In this document: positions 52,863 to 63,185 of the stretch, in pieces
Layout of the letters: the number at the start of each line of letters is the position of its first letter
How positions within the stretch are numbered: position 1 is the first letter of the stretch
Origin: Flavobacteriaceae bacterium
GTDB taxonomy: Bacteria > Bacteroidota > Bacteroidia > Flavobacteriales_C > GCA-002722245
DNA: 64,000 bases
Direction of reading: 5' to 3'
NCBI GenBank assembly: GCA_964230605.1
Contig: CAXRIN010000058.1
Span: forward strand, 10,969-74,968
The notes under the pieces: generated by a model
The model's database searches: none
Told to the model about the DNA's origin: nothing
Seen by the model: only the letters and a program-made list of their open reading frames with translations
Program-made: the position numbers and the translations under genes

Positions 52863-55800
52863 TTACTTCATCGCAATTACAACGTCGTCGTTGTACGTTA
52901 AAGTGTAAAGAAGTTTACCGTTTTGATCATAATATTTTGCATCTCCATGCATAACTCCCTCAACATAACTCTCTTCCAACAATAAAACACCCTTCTTACT
53001 ATATTTCTTTAATTTCCCATTTAATCTTCCAAAATGGTAATCGGCATCAAATCTAACCTGTCCATTTTCATAGTAAGCTTTGTAATTTCCATCTATTTTA
53101 TCATGCAAATAATTAGCTTCAACCCAAGGCTTACCATTACTATGTAATCGTTTATATGGCCCCTCGTATAAACCATTTTTCATAGCATATTCTGAACCTA
53201 ACTGACCGTTATTATAATACGTTATAATTAAACCGTTACCATTTATTTGAATTGGTTCAATTAGCTTGCCATCTTTTTCGTAACCGTATGAAACACATTC
53301 TCCACCATTAAAAGTTCTGCTAATTACCACTTCTCCAAAAGCATCATGGTTTTCAAAAGTTCCATGAGTAAAACCATGATTTTCAGGTGCATTACTATTT
53401 ACAACTCCCGAAGGATGAAAGTAATTGGTTCCTGTTAAAGTTCCGTTTTTATCGTAATATTCAACTTCCTTAATTCCACCGTCAATAAAATATCTGGTTA
53501 GGGAATCTATAACTATTCCTTTTTCATATACAGCTTTTGAGGACATTTTTCCATTGTGGTAAAAATGCTTCCATTCCCCATCTTTTTTGCCATAAGAATA
53601 AACACCTTTACCCATTGTTTTACCATCAGGGTAATAACTTACAAATGGTCCGTGATCCTCTCCGTGATTTTGAGTGAATGACTGAATTAATTTTCCATTT
53701 GGATAATAAAACTCCTTTTTTCCATGATGTTCACCACCATCTAAATTTGAAACTAAGAACTTATTTCCAGTAACACTTAAAAAGTTATATGCACCTTTTC
53801 CAGCGGGTGTTTTAATTTTACACACAACTTCCCCAGTAGTATCAATAACTTCTGTTTTATATTGAACAGAGCCTTTATAAAAGTAGTTGGCTCTCTTCTT
53901 CCCGTCGATTGCAAAATCTTGTAAATTACCTATTATTTCACCATTGCTACGCCATTGAATTTCACTTAATTCGCCATTTGGGTGATAATACTTCCACTCT
54001 CCAACCTGCTCTCCATTTTGGTAGTGTCCTTCAGCATACAAAGTAGCATTATCATAGTATGATTTATAAAGCCCATGAAGTTCTCCGTTCAAATAATATG
54101 ATTCAACAGAAATGCCTCCCCAATCGAAAAACTCTTTTCCCTCACCTTGAAGAATTCCTTTTTCATAAGTATACTGCTCTTTTACTTGTCCATTTTTCCA
54201 ATACAAAGTATACGGTCCGTGATAATTATTTCCCTTCTTCGATCCAACAATGTACTTAAAGCCAAATCGATCATTTAGTTGATAATTCTTTTTTCCTTTT
54301 GATATAATTTCTCCTTTATCGTTGTAGTTGTTATACTTTTTAAACTTTCCATTCTTATAATAATGCTCCCACAAAACTTTATTTTCAAAACCATAATCTT
54401 TATAAACACCATGTAAGTTGCCATTAGCGTATTGGCAAAAAACCATTGTGTCCCCATTAGCATCAAACTCTATATAATCACCATGCAATTTGTCATTTTT
54501 GTAACTGTATATGTATGCCACAGCACCATCATAAAAGTAACTTTTCCAATCGCCCGACTTATCTCCACCTTTAAACTGACCTTCGACAGCAATTTTTCCA
54601 TTAGAGTGATATTCAACATAATCACCTATTGCCTTTCCTCTGCTATAAATTCTTTTTCTAATCGTATCTCCTTCAGGACTCAACACAACAAATTCACCAT
54701 CCCTTTCGCCGTCAATTAAATTCACTTCTGAAGCCTTTTGACCAGTAGTGTAGAACTCCTGCAATGGCCCATTGGCCTCATTATTTTTGAATACTTTTAT
54801 TTGACTAATAATCCCTTTATTATCATAAATCTTTACTTCACCATTCAACTCATTATCTTGAAACTCTCCATCATAACTTGGTGTACCGTCCTTACGAGCA
54901 TAAAAACCAAAACCATTTAATTTACCGTCTTCATAAACACCAGATTCCTTTAAAACACCATCTTCATCATACCAAAAGTTTTCACCTTGTAGTTTTCCTT
55001 CATCATTGTAATTAGTTTTAGCCGCCACTTTCCCCGATGAATAAAAATATATCCAGGGTCCAACTTTCTCATCTTTCTCATTCAGTTTACCCACTGCCGA
55101 CAACATTCCTCTTCCATCTAAAATGTAATCCCTCTGGTAAACTTTACCATTCACTTCAAACTTGTTTTCATTCACATGGTCATACCAATAATCTACTAAT
55201 AGCTCTTCAAAAGCATTTACTTGATATTCATAGGTATTCACCAATTTTTGAATGGATAGATCCTGAATAACAGCAAGGAGATATAATGTATATCCTTTTT
55301 CCAAACCTTTCTTTTTCACTTCTTGAAAGAATTTACCGTAGTAATTCATTGTAAAATCACTTGTTCCTTCTTTATAAGAAAACTGATTAAACATTAAATC
55401 GGTAACATTATTTGCTGAATAATTAAGAGACAAAGCGGATTTATAGTCTCTATTCAAAGCTAATTTTGAAGTGATTAAATTATTCACATTACTAAACAAC
55501 TTATTGTCATCTTCTTCACGAGAAACTTCAAAATTATTTTGCATCATATTTTCCATATCCCCGAAGGCCTTTTTTAAAACCGTAGAATTTCTATTAGAAA
55601 TTATCGCCATTTGGAAACCTAAAATGGCTTCCATTTCTCTTCCTTCTTCAGCCATAATTTTGGCCAATTGATAATGTGATGGAGAATGTTGCGGGTGTTG
55701 CATTAAAATGGCCTGCAACTTGGCCTTTGCCTCTTCATATTTGCCTTGATCCTCCAGCATTAATGCAACCAGAAATTCATATTGAAAGTAAAGAGGAAAA

Positions 55801-56174
55801 CGCTTTTTAGCAATAGTAATAGAGGCCTTCGCTTTTTCGAATTCTCTTAAATCAATCAAAGATTTTATTTTATAATAATGTGCCTCCGACTCAAATTTTG
55901 ATTCTCTCTCAATTGCCTTTTCACAAGTATTGATTACATCTTTGTAATATTTTCCCGTGTACTCAGCTATCCATTTATTGAGTTGTCCTAGTTCATAAAG
56001 TGTATCACTGGAATTTATTCTATCAAAATAATCAAAAGCAGCAGAGAACTCCTCTTGAGCTAAATGTTCGTATGCTTTTACAAAATGTTTATTAGATGGA
56101 ACAAACTCATAATCAGCTTGTCCGAATAAAAAATGCGCTGATAATACACCAAACGCTAAAATAAATTTCCTCAT
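52863..56174 (-). CDS. Secreted TPR + MORN-variant (YwqK-like) repeat protein, 1103 aa
   Basis: Signal peptide MRKFILAFGVLSAHFLFGQ and N-terminal TPR-like helices (about aa 30-200). More than a dozen repeats of the pattern G.W..YY.NG....E..Y..G...G follow. Confidence 0.7.
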   Translation of the reverse strand: MRKFILAFGVLSAHFLFGQADYEFVPSNKHFVKAYEHLAQEEFSAAFDYFDRINSSDTLYELGQLNKWIAEYTGKYYKDVINTCEKAIERESKFESEAHYYKIKSLIDLREFEKAKASITIAKKRFPLYFQYEFLVALMLEDQGKYEEAKAKLQAILMQHPQHSPSHYQLAKIMAEEGREMEAILGFQMAIISNRNSTVLKKAFGDMENMMQNNFEVSREEDDNKLFSNVNNLITSKLALNRDYKSALSLNYSANNVTDLMFNQFSYKEGTSDFTMNYYGKFFQEVKKKGLEKGYTLYLLAVIQDLSIQKLVNTYEYQVNAFEELLVDYWYDHVNENKFEVNGKVYQRDYILDGRGMLSAVGKLNEKDEKVGPWIYFYSSGKVAAKTNYNDEGKLQGENFWYDEDGVLKESGVYEDGKLNGFGFYARKDGTPSYDGEFQDNELNGEVKIYDNKGIISQIKVFKNNEANGPLQEFYTTGQKASEVNLIDGERDGEFVVLSPEGDTIRKRIYSRGKAIGDYVEYHSNGKIAVEGQFKGGDKSGDWKSYFYDGAVAYIYSYKNDKLHGDYIEFDANGDTMVFCQYANGNLHGVYKDYGFENKVLWEHYYKNGKFKKYNNYNDKGEIISKGKKNYQLNDRFGFKYIVGSKKGNNYHGPYTLYWKNGQVKEQYTYEKGILQGEGKEFFDWGGISVESYYLNGELHGLYKSYYDNATLYAEGHYQNGEQVGEWKYYHPNGELSEIQWRSNGEIIGNLQDFAIDGKKRANYFYKGSVQYKTEVIDTTGEVVCKIKTPAGKGAYNFLSVTGNKFLVSNLDGGEHHGKKEFYYPNGKLIQSFTQNHGEDHGPFVSYYPDGKTMGKGVYSYGKKDGEWKHFYHNGKMSSKAVYEKGIVIDSLTRYFIDGGIKEVEYYDKNGTLTGTNYFHPSGVVNSNAPENHGFTHGTFENHDAFGEVVISRTFNGGECVSYGYEKDGKLIEPIQINGNGLIITYYNNGQLGSEYAMKNGLYEGPYKRLHSNGKPWVEANYLHDKIDGNYKAYYENGQVRFDADYHFGRLNGKLKKYSKKGVLLLEESYVEGVMHGDAKYYDQNGKLLYTLTYNDDVVIAMK

Positions 56175-56280
56175 GGTAGTTGTTGTTGACCCTAATTTAA
56201 CCAGAAATAAGTAAAAAAAGGCCTACTCCGATTAATGTTTCTCGATGTTTAACACAGTTTAAATTGAACTGGATCAACAT

Positions 56281-56754
56281 TTATTCTTCATAATTATCAT
56301 CATGAACTCCCTTTTTTAATCCCTTGAATAATCTTTCCAATTGACCAACTAGAAATGTAATTACAATAGAAATAACAGCGAATATAATTGCTGCTCGATG
56401 TAAACCAATTCCGATAATTGATCCTAAACCTGCAATTAGCCAAATAAAAGATGCAGAGGTAACCCCAATTACCAAACCTTTTTTAGAAAACATCACTCCG
56501 GCTCCAAGAAAACCTACACCAGTTACAATCTGACCAATAACTCGTGTATAATCACCATTAAAATTGACAACCGATTTTGAAATGGCCACAAAAATATAGG
56601 TGCTCATGCATATGATTATACTTGTTCTAATCCCTGCAGGCTTACCGTAATATTGTCTTTCAAATCCAATTACAGATCCGCATATCACACAGGTTAAAAT
56701 TGATTTCCATGAAAACGGTTCAATATCCACCAACCATCTCTCTAATAACTCCAT
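56281..56754 (-). CDS. MgtC/SapB family membrane protein
   Basis: GFERQYYGKPAGIRTSIII motif and 4-5 TM helices in 157 aa. Confidence 0.8.
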   Translation of the reverse strand: MELLERWLVDIEPFSWKSILTCVICGSVIGFERQYYGKPAGIRTSIIICMSTYIFVAISKSVVNFNGDYTRVIGQIVTGVGFLGAGVMFSKKGLVIGVTSASFIWLIAGLGSIIGIGLHRAAIIFAVISIVITFLVGQLERLFKGLKKGVHDDNYEE

Positions 56755-56791
56755 GGGTTGTAAACGGAAAATAAGTTAGAAGGGTTATAAA

Positions 56792-57163
56792 TCAATACTC
56801 AAGTGTCATTGAACTAAAAGAATCTACAAGATGATCTAGTTTTGATTTTTGATCATTTAAAATGATAGATATAATATCAAATCGAACAGGAAGTTCAAGT
56901 TGTAAGTTTTCTAAATAAACATGAGCAACCTTTAAGATATCTTTTTCTTTTTGATAGTTAACCGCTTCTTCAGGTTCTCCAAACTTGTTAGATGTTCTTG
57001 TTTTTACCTCAACAAAAACTAACTCCTCCCCATCTTCAGCAATAATATCCACCTCTAAATTGCTCATTCTCCAATTAGTATGATGAATTATATATCCTTT
57101 GCTTTTTAAATACTGAACTGCAATTTTCTCTCCCTCCTGTCCTACTTGATTGTGAAATGCCAC
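56792..57163 (-). CDS. YraN family (UPF0102) endonuclease-like protein
   Basis: GEKIAVQYLKSKGYII...EVDIIA...LVFVEVKTRTS motif set. Confidence 0.8.
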   Translation of the reverse strand: MAFHNQVGQEGEKIAVQYLKSKGYIIHHTNWRMSNLEVDIIAEDGEELVFVEVKTRTSNKFGEPEEAVNYQKEKDILKVAHVYLENLQLELPVRFDIISIILNDQKSKLDHLVDSFSSMTLEY

Positions 57164-58278
57164 TATGCTTTGATTTGAAAATTATTTCCAGGCAATGCTT
57201 TTATAGCACCATTCAATTCTAGGCTGAATAATAAACCTGAAACTTTCTGTACAGTTTGATTCATTTGAATGGCTATTTGTTCTTTATTAGATACTCCTTT
57301 TGATTGAATAATTTCAATAATTTTTCGCTCTTCATCATTTAATTCTGAAAATAAATTAAGCTGCTTTTGAGGCATACTTGTGTTTGCTTCAACCCAATTC
57401 ATTACTTGTAATACATCATCACCCGATTCAATAAGGGCTGCTTTGTTTGACTTAATTAATGCGTTACAGCCTGCTGAATAAATATCAATTGTTCTTCCCG
57501 GAACGGCAAAAACATCTCTTCCATAAGAATGAGCAATATTTGCTGTTATAAGAGCACCACCTTTAGCTGCTGCTTCAACCAAAATTGTAGCATCAGCAAT
57601 CCCTGCAACAATTCTATTTCTTTTCGGAAAATTCTCTCTGTCAGGGTTAGTTCCACTCATAAATTCCGTTAATAACCCTCCATTTTCCAGCATACTTTTA
57701 GCTAAATGACGATTTTGTTGAGGGTATATTTTATCCAACCCATGAGCCAAAACACCTACAGTGGGAATATTATTTTCAAGCGAATATTTATGAGCAAAAG
57801 CGTCTATTCCATATGCCAATCCGCTAACGATTAACACATCTTGTTTTTTCAAATCCTCAATAATTTTTTGAGTCATATCATCGCCATAACCAGTTGCCTT
57901 TCTTGCTCCTACAATTGAAACAATTTTTTGATTATTTAATCCTGGTATCCCTTTGTAATACAACACGAAAGGCCCGTCTTGACAATCTTTTAACTTTTGA
58001 GGATAATGTTCATCATCATAACACCAAATGGAAATTTGATGCTTTTGAATAAAGTTCAATTCTCTCTCCGCCCTTTTTAATGCATCTGATTTTACCTGAT
58101 TATCCAGTAATGTTGATAATAAAACTCTACCTACCCCAGGGATTTCTTGAAGCTCTTTTTTAGAAGCTTTAAATATATTTCGTGCGCCTTTAAAGTACTC
58201 TGTTAGCAACTTGGCAAATAAATCTCCAATTCCCGGCAACTGGATTAATGCTATTCGATATAGGATTTCTTGATTCAT
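57163..58278 (-). CDS. dprA: DNA-processing protein DprA
   Basis: SGLAYGIDAFAHKYSL, VGVLAHGLDKIYP and NRIVAGIADATILVEA motifs, with a C-terminal winged-helix-like tail. Confidence 0.9.
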   Translation of the reverse strand: MNQEILYRIALIQLPGIGDLFAKLLTEYFKGARNIFKASKKELQEIPGVGRVLLSTLLDNQVKSDALKRAERELNFIQKHQISIWCYDDEHYPQKLKDCQDGPFVLYYKGIPGLNNQKIVSIVGARKATGYGDDMTQKIIEDLKKQDVLIVSGLAYGIDAFAHKYSLENNIPTVGVLAHGLDKIYPQQNRHLAKSMLENGGLLTEFMSGTNPDRENFPKRNRIVAGIADATILVEAAAKGGALITANIAHSYGRDVFAVPGRTIDIYSAGCNALIKSNKAALIESGDDVLQVMNWVEANTSMPQKQLNLFSELNDEERKIIEIIQSKGVSNKEQIAIQMNQTVQKVSGLLFSLELNGAIKALPGNNFQIKA

Positions 58279-58332
58279 AGTTATGCTAATAGCAAAACTA
58301 TATTTATACAGTAAATACTCCTTTTTAAAAAC

Positions 58333-58361
58333 AAAAAAGCGATCATTCAGGATCGCTTTTT
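58333..58361 (-). terminator. Rho-independent terminator after thiL (bidirectional shape)
   Basis: GCGATC (58339-58344) / GATCGC (58351-58356) with a 6-nt loop, flanked by an A-run and a T-run. The T-run is on the minus strand after the hairpin. Confidence 0.6.
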
Positions 58362-58393
58362 ACATTTATGGAATAATTAAGATGTTTTTTGTT

Positions 58394-59440
58394 TTATTTT
58401 TCCTCATTAAGTCCATTCCAACCTTGAGCCTCAATTGGATGTGTTGAACCATCTTTAGCTGTTAATTTATAACCTTCTGATTCTTCAACAAAATGACCAA
58501 CAACCGTAAACATTGGATGATTTTTAATTTTTTCATAATCAGCTAAATCAATAGCAAACAATAACTCATAATCTTCACCCCCGTTCAAAGCACACATTGT
58601 TGGATCTAAATGATTGTCTCTTGCTCTATCAAAAGTTTGCTGATCGATTGGTAATTTATCTTCATAAATTGATACACCAACTTTGCTTTGCTTACATAAA
58701 TGCAAAACTTCAGAAGATAAACCGTCTGAAATATCAATCATAGCGTTTGGTTTAACGCCAAGCGTTTCAAATTCACGAATTACATCCAATCTTGCCTCCG
58801 GCTTTAATTGTCTCTCTAAAATGTAATCACAATCTGATAAATCAGGCTGTACACTAGGACTTTCTTCATAAATCTGCTTTTCTCTTTCTAAGATTTGCAG
58901 CCCCATATAAGCTCCTCCTAAATCTCCTGAAACAACTAACAAATTAGATTCTTTTGCACCATCTCGATAAACAATCTTACCTTCTTTTCCTTCACCAATT
59001 GCAGTAATTGAAATGGTTAAACCAGATAGTGAAGATGTAGTATCACCTCCTATTAAATCAACATTATATAACTCGCAAGCTAAATGAATTCCCTCATAAA
59101 TTTCCTCAACAGCCTCTAGTGAAAATCTGTTAGACAAAGACAAAGAAACTGTGATTTGACGAGGTATTCCGTTCATTGCAATAATGTCCGAAATATTCAC
59201 CATCACAGCCTTGTATCCCAAATGCTTCAAAGGAACATAGCTCAAATCAAAATGAACGCCCTCAACCAAAAGATCTGTAGAAATTAAAGTTTTAGAATCA
59301 GCATCATACTGAATTACAGCAGCGTCATCACCTATTCCTCTCAACGAGGATTCGTTTCTAATTTCAACGTTCTTTTTTATTAAATCAATCAATCCAAACT
59401 CACCTAGTTCGGATAATTCTGTTCTTTTTTCTTCACTCAT
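58394..59440 (-). CDS. thiL: Thiamine-monophosphate kinase
   Basis: LGEFGLIDLI...GIGDDAAVI N-terminus and GGDTTSS motif of the AIR synthase-related ThiL family. Confidence 0.85.
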   Translation of the reverse strand: MSEEKRTELSELGEFGLIDLIKKNVEIRNESSLRGIGDDAAVIQYDADSKTLISTDLLVEGVHFDLSYVPLKHLGYKAVMVNISDIIAMNGIPRQITVSLSLSNRFSLEAVEEIYEGIHLACELYNVDLIGGDTTSSLSGLTISITAIGEGKEGKIVYRDGAKESNLLVVSGDLGGAYMGLQILEREKQIYEESPSVQPDLSDCDYILERQLKPEARLDVIREFETLGVKPNAMIDISDGLSSEVLHLCKQSKVGVSIYEDKLPIDQQTFDRARDNHLDPTMCALNGGEDYELLFAIDLADYEKIKNHPMFTVVGHFVEESEGYKLTAKDGSTHPIEAQGWNGLNEEK

Positions 59441-59826
59441 TTCTTTTCTCCCATCTTTTCCGCGGCCTTGCTAGACTCACGGTATGACTGTTGATACTTC
59501 ATCACCAAAGCATATTTTTCACAGCTTTTAGCTAATTCGTTTTCTACTTTAATTAGCAAGCTACCTCCGATACCAACTTTCGCGGCATCTTCTTCTCTTC
59601 TTTTCTCGGTTTCGTAATTTTTCCTAATTGCCACTTCATTTTTAGCAACGGCCTCAGAAAAACACTGCATCTTTATCGCATTTGAAAACTTAATAATTTG
59701 AGCTGTGTCAACATTATTTAAACAAACACAAGCGCTATCTGCAACTTGCTCTTCTAATGATAATTGTGCTTTCGACAAGCTTGTGATTCCGATTACAAGT
59801 AATAAGATTAATCCTAGTTTTTTCAT
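59437..59826 (-). CDS. Secreted hypothetical protein
   Basis: Signal peptide MKKLGLILLLVIGITSLSKAQ and four Cys. The stop overlaps the thiL start by 4 nt. Confidence 0.5.
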   Translation of the reverse strand: MKKLGLILLLVIGITSLSKAQLSLEEQVADSACVCLNNVDTAQIIKFSNAIKMQCFSEAVAKNEVAIRKNYETEKRREEDAAKVGIGGSLLIKVENELAKSCEKYALVMKYQQSYRESSKAAEKMGEKK

Positions 59827-60027
59827 AATAGTAATTTTTTAAAAATTAAATTCGGATGTATCACATAATTAAAGGTCTTATAAAGTTAGCGCAATTTATT
59901 TAGTTTTAAATTACCACTTTCATTATCTGTTTTCTACCCTCATTTTAGATTTAGCAAAATAATTCCTTTCAAAAAATGTGACTTATGAAAAATTTTATCA
60001 CATTTGAACAAACTTTTATCCTTAACA

Positions 60028-60573
60028 ATGAGTGTTTTTATTCCTTTTGATGAAAAAGTTGAAGTTTATAGCGATGCAATTTATGCTATGATTAAAGCAT
60101 TTCCTGTAGGAGAGGAAAAACGCCATGAAATCTTAAAAAATAATGGCTTGAATTTGAAAGACAATACTTGGTACAGCCAACAAAAATTTCTTTCAAGTCT
60201 TAAAGATTTAAGTGAAGAAACAGGCAGAGAATTTTTAGAAAAGGTTGGTGAAACAATTCCTGAATATGCTGTTTTCCCAGACAGCATTGTTGATTTAGAA
60301 AACGCTTTAAAGTCTTTGGATACAGCTTACAAAATGAATCATAGAAATGGTGAAATTGGTTACTACAAGGTCACTTGCTTTGATGCAATTCATAAAAAAG
60401 CCGAAATGGTTTGCAAAAACCCTTACCCCAGCGAGTTCGACTTAGGTTTAATTAAAGCATTAGTTTTAAAATTTTTACCAAAAAATTCCTTTTTCTATGA
60501 TGTTCAATTAGATAAATCTAAAGAAACCAGACAAAATGGTGCAGATAGCTGTACCTACATCATAACTTGGTAA
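60028..60573 (+). CDS. Hypothetical protein
   Basis: Clean ORF with an ATG at 60028 (the track starts at TTG 60004) and protein-like composition. No family recognised. Confidence 0.5.
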   Translation: MSVFIPFDEKVEVYSDAIYAMIKAFPVGEEKRHEILKNNGLNLKDNTWYSQQKFLSSLKDLSEETGREFLEKVGETIPEYAVFPDSIVDLENALKSLDTAYKMNHRNGEIGYYKVTCFDAIHKKAEMVCKNPYPSEFDLGLIKALVLKFLPKNSFFYDVQLDKSKETRQNGADSCTYIITW

Positions 60574-60576
60574 ACA

Positions 60577-61200
60577 ATGAAAAATATTCAAAACATAATT
60601 CTTGATTTAGGAGGGGTTTTAATTAACCTCGATTATCACAAAACAAATTCGGAATTAGGTAAACTTGGTTTAGCAGATGCTTTTACAAAGGCTAAGCAAA
60701 TAGATTTATTTGACGATTTAGAAGAAGGCAAAATCACTAATGAAGAATTCCTAGTGGGCTTCAATAAACTTGCTAATCAAAATCATAATCATGAAACAAT
60801 CATTGAAGCATGGAATGCTATTTTGCTGGATTTCCCAATTGCACGCCTAAACTTGGTTCAAGAACTTAATAAAAATTATCGAGTTTTTCTCTTCAGTAAC
60901 ACAAACGCTATACATATTGAGGAGGTATATAGAATTCTCCAAAGGGATCACGGAGTTCCAAATTTAGACGATCATTTTGAAAAGGTATATTTATCAAATG
61001 AACTTGGGATTCGAAAACCAAAACCAGAAGGTTTTCTTCATATCATAGACACACATGAATTGAATCCAACAGAGACTTTATTCATTGATGATAGTCCTCA
61101 ACACATCGTTGGAGCTAAAGAAGCAGGTATACATGCCGAGTGGCTAGATTTAGAAAAGGAGGACATCCACGGAATGTTAAACCGTTTATCTTTAATTTAG
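60577..61200 (+). CDS. HAD family hydrolase (subfamily IA)
   Basis: LDLGGVLI (motif I DxG), FSNTN (motif II) and K...FIDDS (motifs III/IV). Confidence 0.8.
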   Translation: MKNIQNIILDLGGVLINLDYHKTNSELGKLGLADAFTKAKQIDLFDDLEEGKITNEEFLVGFNKLANQNHNHETIIEAWNAILLDFPIARLNLVQELNKNYRVFLFSNTNAIHIEEVYRILQRDHGVPNLDDHFEKVYLSNELGIRKPKPEGFLHIIDTHELNPTETLFIDDSPQHIVGAKEAGIHAEWLDLEKEDIHGMLNRLSLI

Positions 61201-61281
61201 CAAAAACCTACACCGATCTCACTAATCTAGCAGATATGAAAAACCTGTGAAATTCGTGAAATTTGTGTGAGAATCAAATAA

Positions 61282-61950
61282 ATGAATTCAGTAGTTATAG
61301 TTGCAGGAGGAAAAGGGTTAAGAATGGGAAGTGAAATTCCAAAACAATTCATGGTACTTAATTCCGAACCAGTTTTAATGCACACCATTCGCGCTTTTTA
61401 CAATTGGGACAATAATTGTGAAATTGTTTTAGTGTTACCTGCTAGTCAGCAATCTTATTGGCAACTTTTAGTTGATCAATATGAATTTGACATTACTATT
61501 AAAATTACAACAGGTGGAAAAACACGATTTCACTCTGTAAAAAACGGACTTGAAGAAACTACCGGAAGTTTAATTGGAATCCATGATGGTGTTAGACCTT
61601 TAGTTAGTGAGCAGACTATTAAAAAGTGTTTTGAAGTTGCCGAATCTCACGGAAATGCTATTCCATGCATACCAGTAAACGACTCACTTAGAGTTGTAGA
61701 AAAAGGAAAAAATAAATTGGTTGATCGCTCAAAATATTTCCGAATTCAAACTCCGCAGGTTTTTCAAAGACCTATTATTATGAAAGGTTTTGAGCAGGAT
61801 TACTCTGATGAATTTACCGACGATGCCTCGGTAATTGAAAAAGCCGGAGAAATTATTCAATTAGTAGAAGGCAACGAAGAAAACATCAAAATCACAAGAC
61901 CTACGGATTTAAAGATTGCAAAAGTGTTTGTTAGTGACCTTTACTCTTAA
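61282..61950 (+). CDS. ispD: 2-C-methyl-D-erythritol 4-phosphate cytidylyltransferase
   Basis: VIVAGGKGLRMGSEIPKQF N-terminus, HDGVRP, and QTPQVF motifs. Confidence 0.9.
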   Translation: MNSVVIVAGGKGLRMGSEIPKQFMVLNSEPVLMHTIRAFYNWDNNCEIVLVLPASQQSYWQLLVDQYEFDITIKITTGGKTRFHSVKNGLEETTGSLIGIHDGVRPLVSEQTIKKCFEVAESHGNAIPCIPVNDSLRVVEKGKNKLVDRSKYFRIQTPQVFQRPIIMKGFEQDYSDEFTDDASVIEKAGEIIQLVEGNEENIKITRPTDLKIAKVFVSDLYS

Positions 61951-61975
61951 TTTTTCGCCCACTAACAAAAAACAA

Positions 61976-62000
61976 AAGCCCCAGCAAATGCCAGGGCTTT
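61976..62000. terminator. Weak hairpin between convergent ispD and asd, better T-run on the minus strand
   Basis: AAGCCC (61976-61981) / GGGCTT (61994-61999) with a 12-nt loop. On the minus strand it is followed by TTTTGTTTTTTG. Confidence 0.35.
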
Positions 62001-62021
62001 GAAATATTTAAAGAAACCTAA

Positions 62022-63035
62022 TTAAGCTCCTACTTTTTGTGAGATTAAGTACTCAGCAATTTGAACTGCATTTAAAGCAGCTCCTTTTCTAATTTGATCA
62101 GATACACACCAGAAAGTGATTCCGTTTGGATTAGCTAAATCCTCTCTAATTCTTCCAACATAAACATCATCCTTACCTGCTAAATCATAAGGCATTGGAT
62201 AACCTAAGTTTGGTAAATCGTCAACAACAGTAATACCTTCAGTAGCTTCACATGCTGCTCTAAACTCCTCAGGAGAAACCGGTCTTTCTGTTTCAGCCCA
62301 AATTGCCTCAGAGTGAGCTCTCATTACTGGAACTCTAACACAAGTTGCTGATACCTCAACATCCGAAGACATGATCTTCTTTGTTTCGTTATACATTTTC
62401 ATCTCCTCTTTTGTATATCCATTATCTTGGAATACATCAATATGAGGAATAACGTTAAATAATAACTGATGCGCAAAAGCCTCAACAGTTAAGTCTTTAT
62501 TCTCAACAAATTGTTTTACTTGTTCTTCTAATTCAGCCATACCTGAAGCTCCAGCTCCTGAAGCTGATTGGTAAGAAGAAACGTGTACTCTTTTAATGTG
62601 CGATAACCCTTCCAAAGCTTTTAAAGCAACTACCATTTGAATAGTTGTACAGTTTGGGTTAGCAATGATATTTCTTGGTCTGTCGTTAGCAGCTTTAGCA
62701 TTTACTTCTGGAACAACTAAAGGCACATCTGCATCCATACGGAAAGCACTTGAGTTATCAATCATGATAGCTCCGTACTTAGTAATAGTTTCAGCAAAAT
62801 CTTTTGAAATTCCTCCACCAGCTGAAACTAAAGCGATATCGATATCTTTAAAATCATCGTTATGTTTAAGTTCCTTAACAACTAGTGTTTTTCCATTAAA
62901 GTCATACTCTTTACCAGCACTTCTTGCCGATCCGAATAAAACCAATTCTTCCATACCTTGTAAAGGTCTTTCAGAAAGGATGCTTAAGAACTCTTGTCCT
63001 ACCGCTCCACTTGCTCCTACTATTGCAACTTTCAT
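62022..63035 (-). CDS. asd: Aspartate-semialdehyde dehydrogenase
   Basis: [17 protein letters not shown]-terminus, the IANPNCTT active-site Cys motif and SYQSASGAG. Confidence 0.95.
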   Translation of the reverse strand: MKVAIVGASGAVGQEFLSILSERPLQGMEELVLFGSARSAGKEYDFNGKTLVVKELKHNDDFKDIDIALVSAGGGISKDFAETITKYGAIMIDNSSAFRMDADVPLVVPEVNAKAANDRPRNIIANPNCTTIQMVVALKALEGLSHIKRVHVSSYQSASGAGASGMAELEEQVKQFVENKDLTVEAFAHQLLFNVIPHIDVFQDNGYTKEEMKMYNETKKIMSSDVEVSATCVRVPVMRAHSEAIWAETERPVSPEEFRAACEATEGITVVDDLPNLGYPMPYDLAGKDDVYVGRIREDLANPNGITFWCVSDQIRKGAALNAVQIAEYLISQKVGA

Positions 63036-63061
63036 AAGTTTTTAAATAAAAATTTGGACGC

Positions 63062-63069
63062 CAAAAGTA
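63062..63069 (-). promoter_or_regulatory. -7 box (TACTTTTG) for asd
   Basis: The minus strand reads TACTTTTG, 26 nt upstream of ATG 63035. Confidence 0.35.
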
Positions 63070-63185
63070 ATGCTTTTTATTCTGATTAACATGGTTTTAA
63101 CCAAGTTTTCGGTTTTTTCATGATTTGAATAGATAAATCCTTTAATTAAGCCTTTAAATTATTGTTTACGAGATAGTTTAGATTC

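Noticed and set aside
52863-56174. YwqK-type antitoxin / toxin-antitoxin system
   Set aside because: MORN-variant repeats are often auto-annotated as YwqK family antitoxin. This is an 1103-aa secreted repeat protein with no toxin partner nearby, so it is not a TA module.
59976-60003. ATGTGA-N16-TCACAT palindrome upstream of the hypothetical gene, CRP/FNR-like half-sites
   Set aside because: The half-site spacing (16 nt) does not fit the TGTGA-N6-TCACA architecture. Six-bp arms are weak evidence in AT-rich DNA.
61247-61263. Tandem GTGAAATT repeats just upstream of ispD
   Set aside because: There are only two short copies and no clear -7 consensus (GAAATTTG lacks the TA). They cannot be distinguished from chance.
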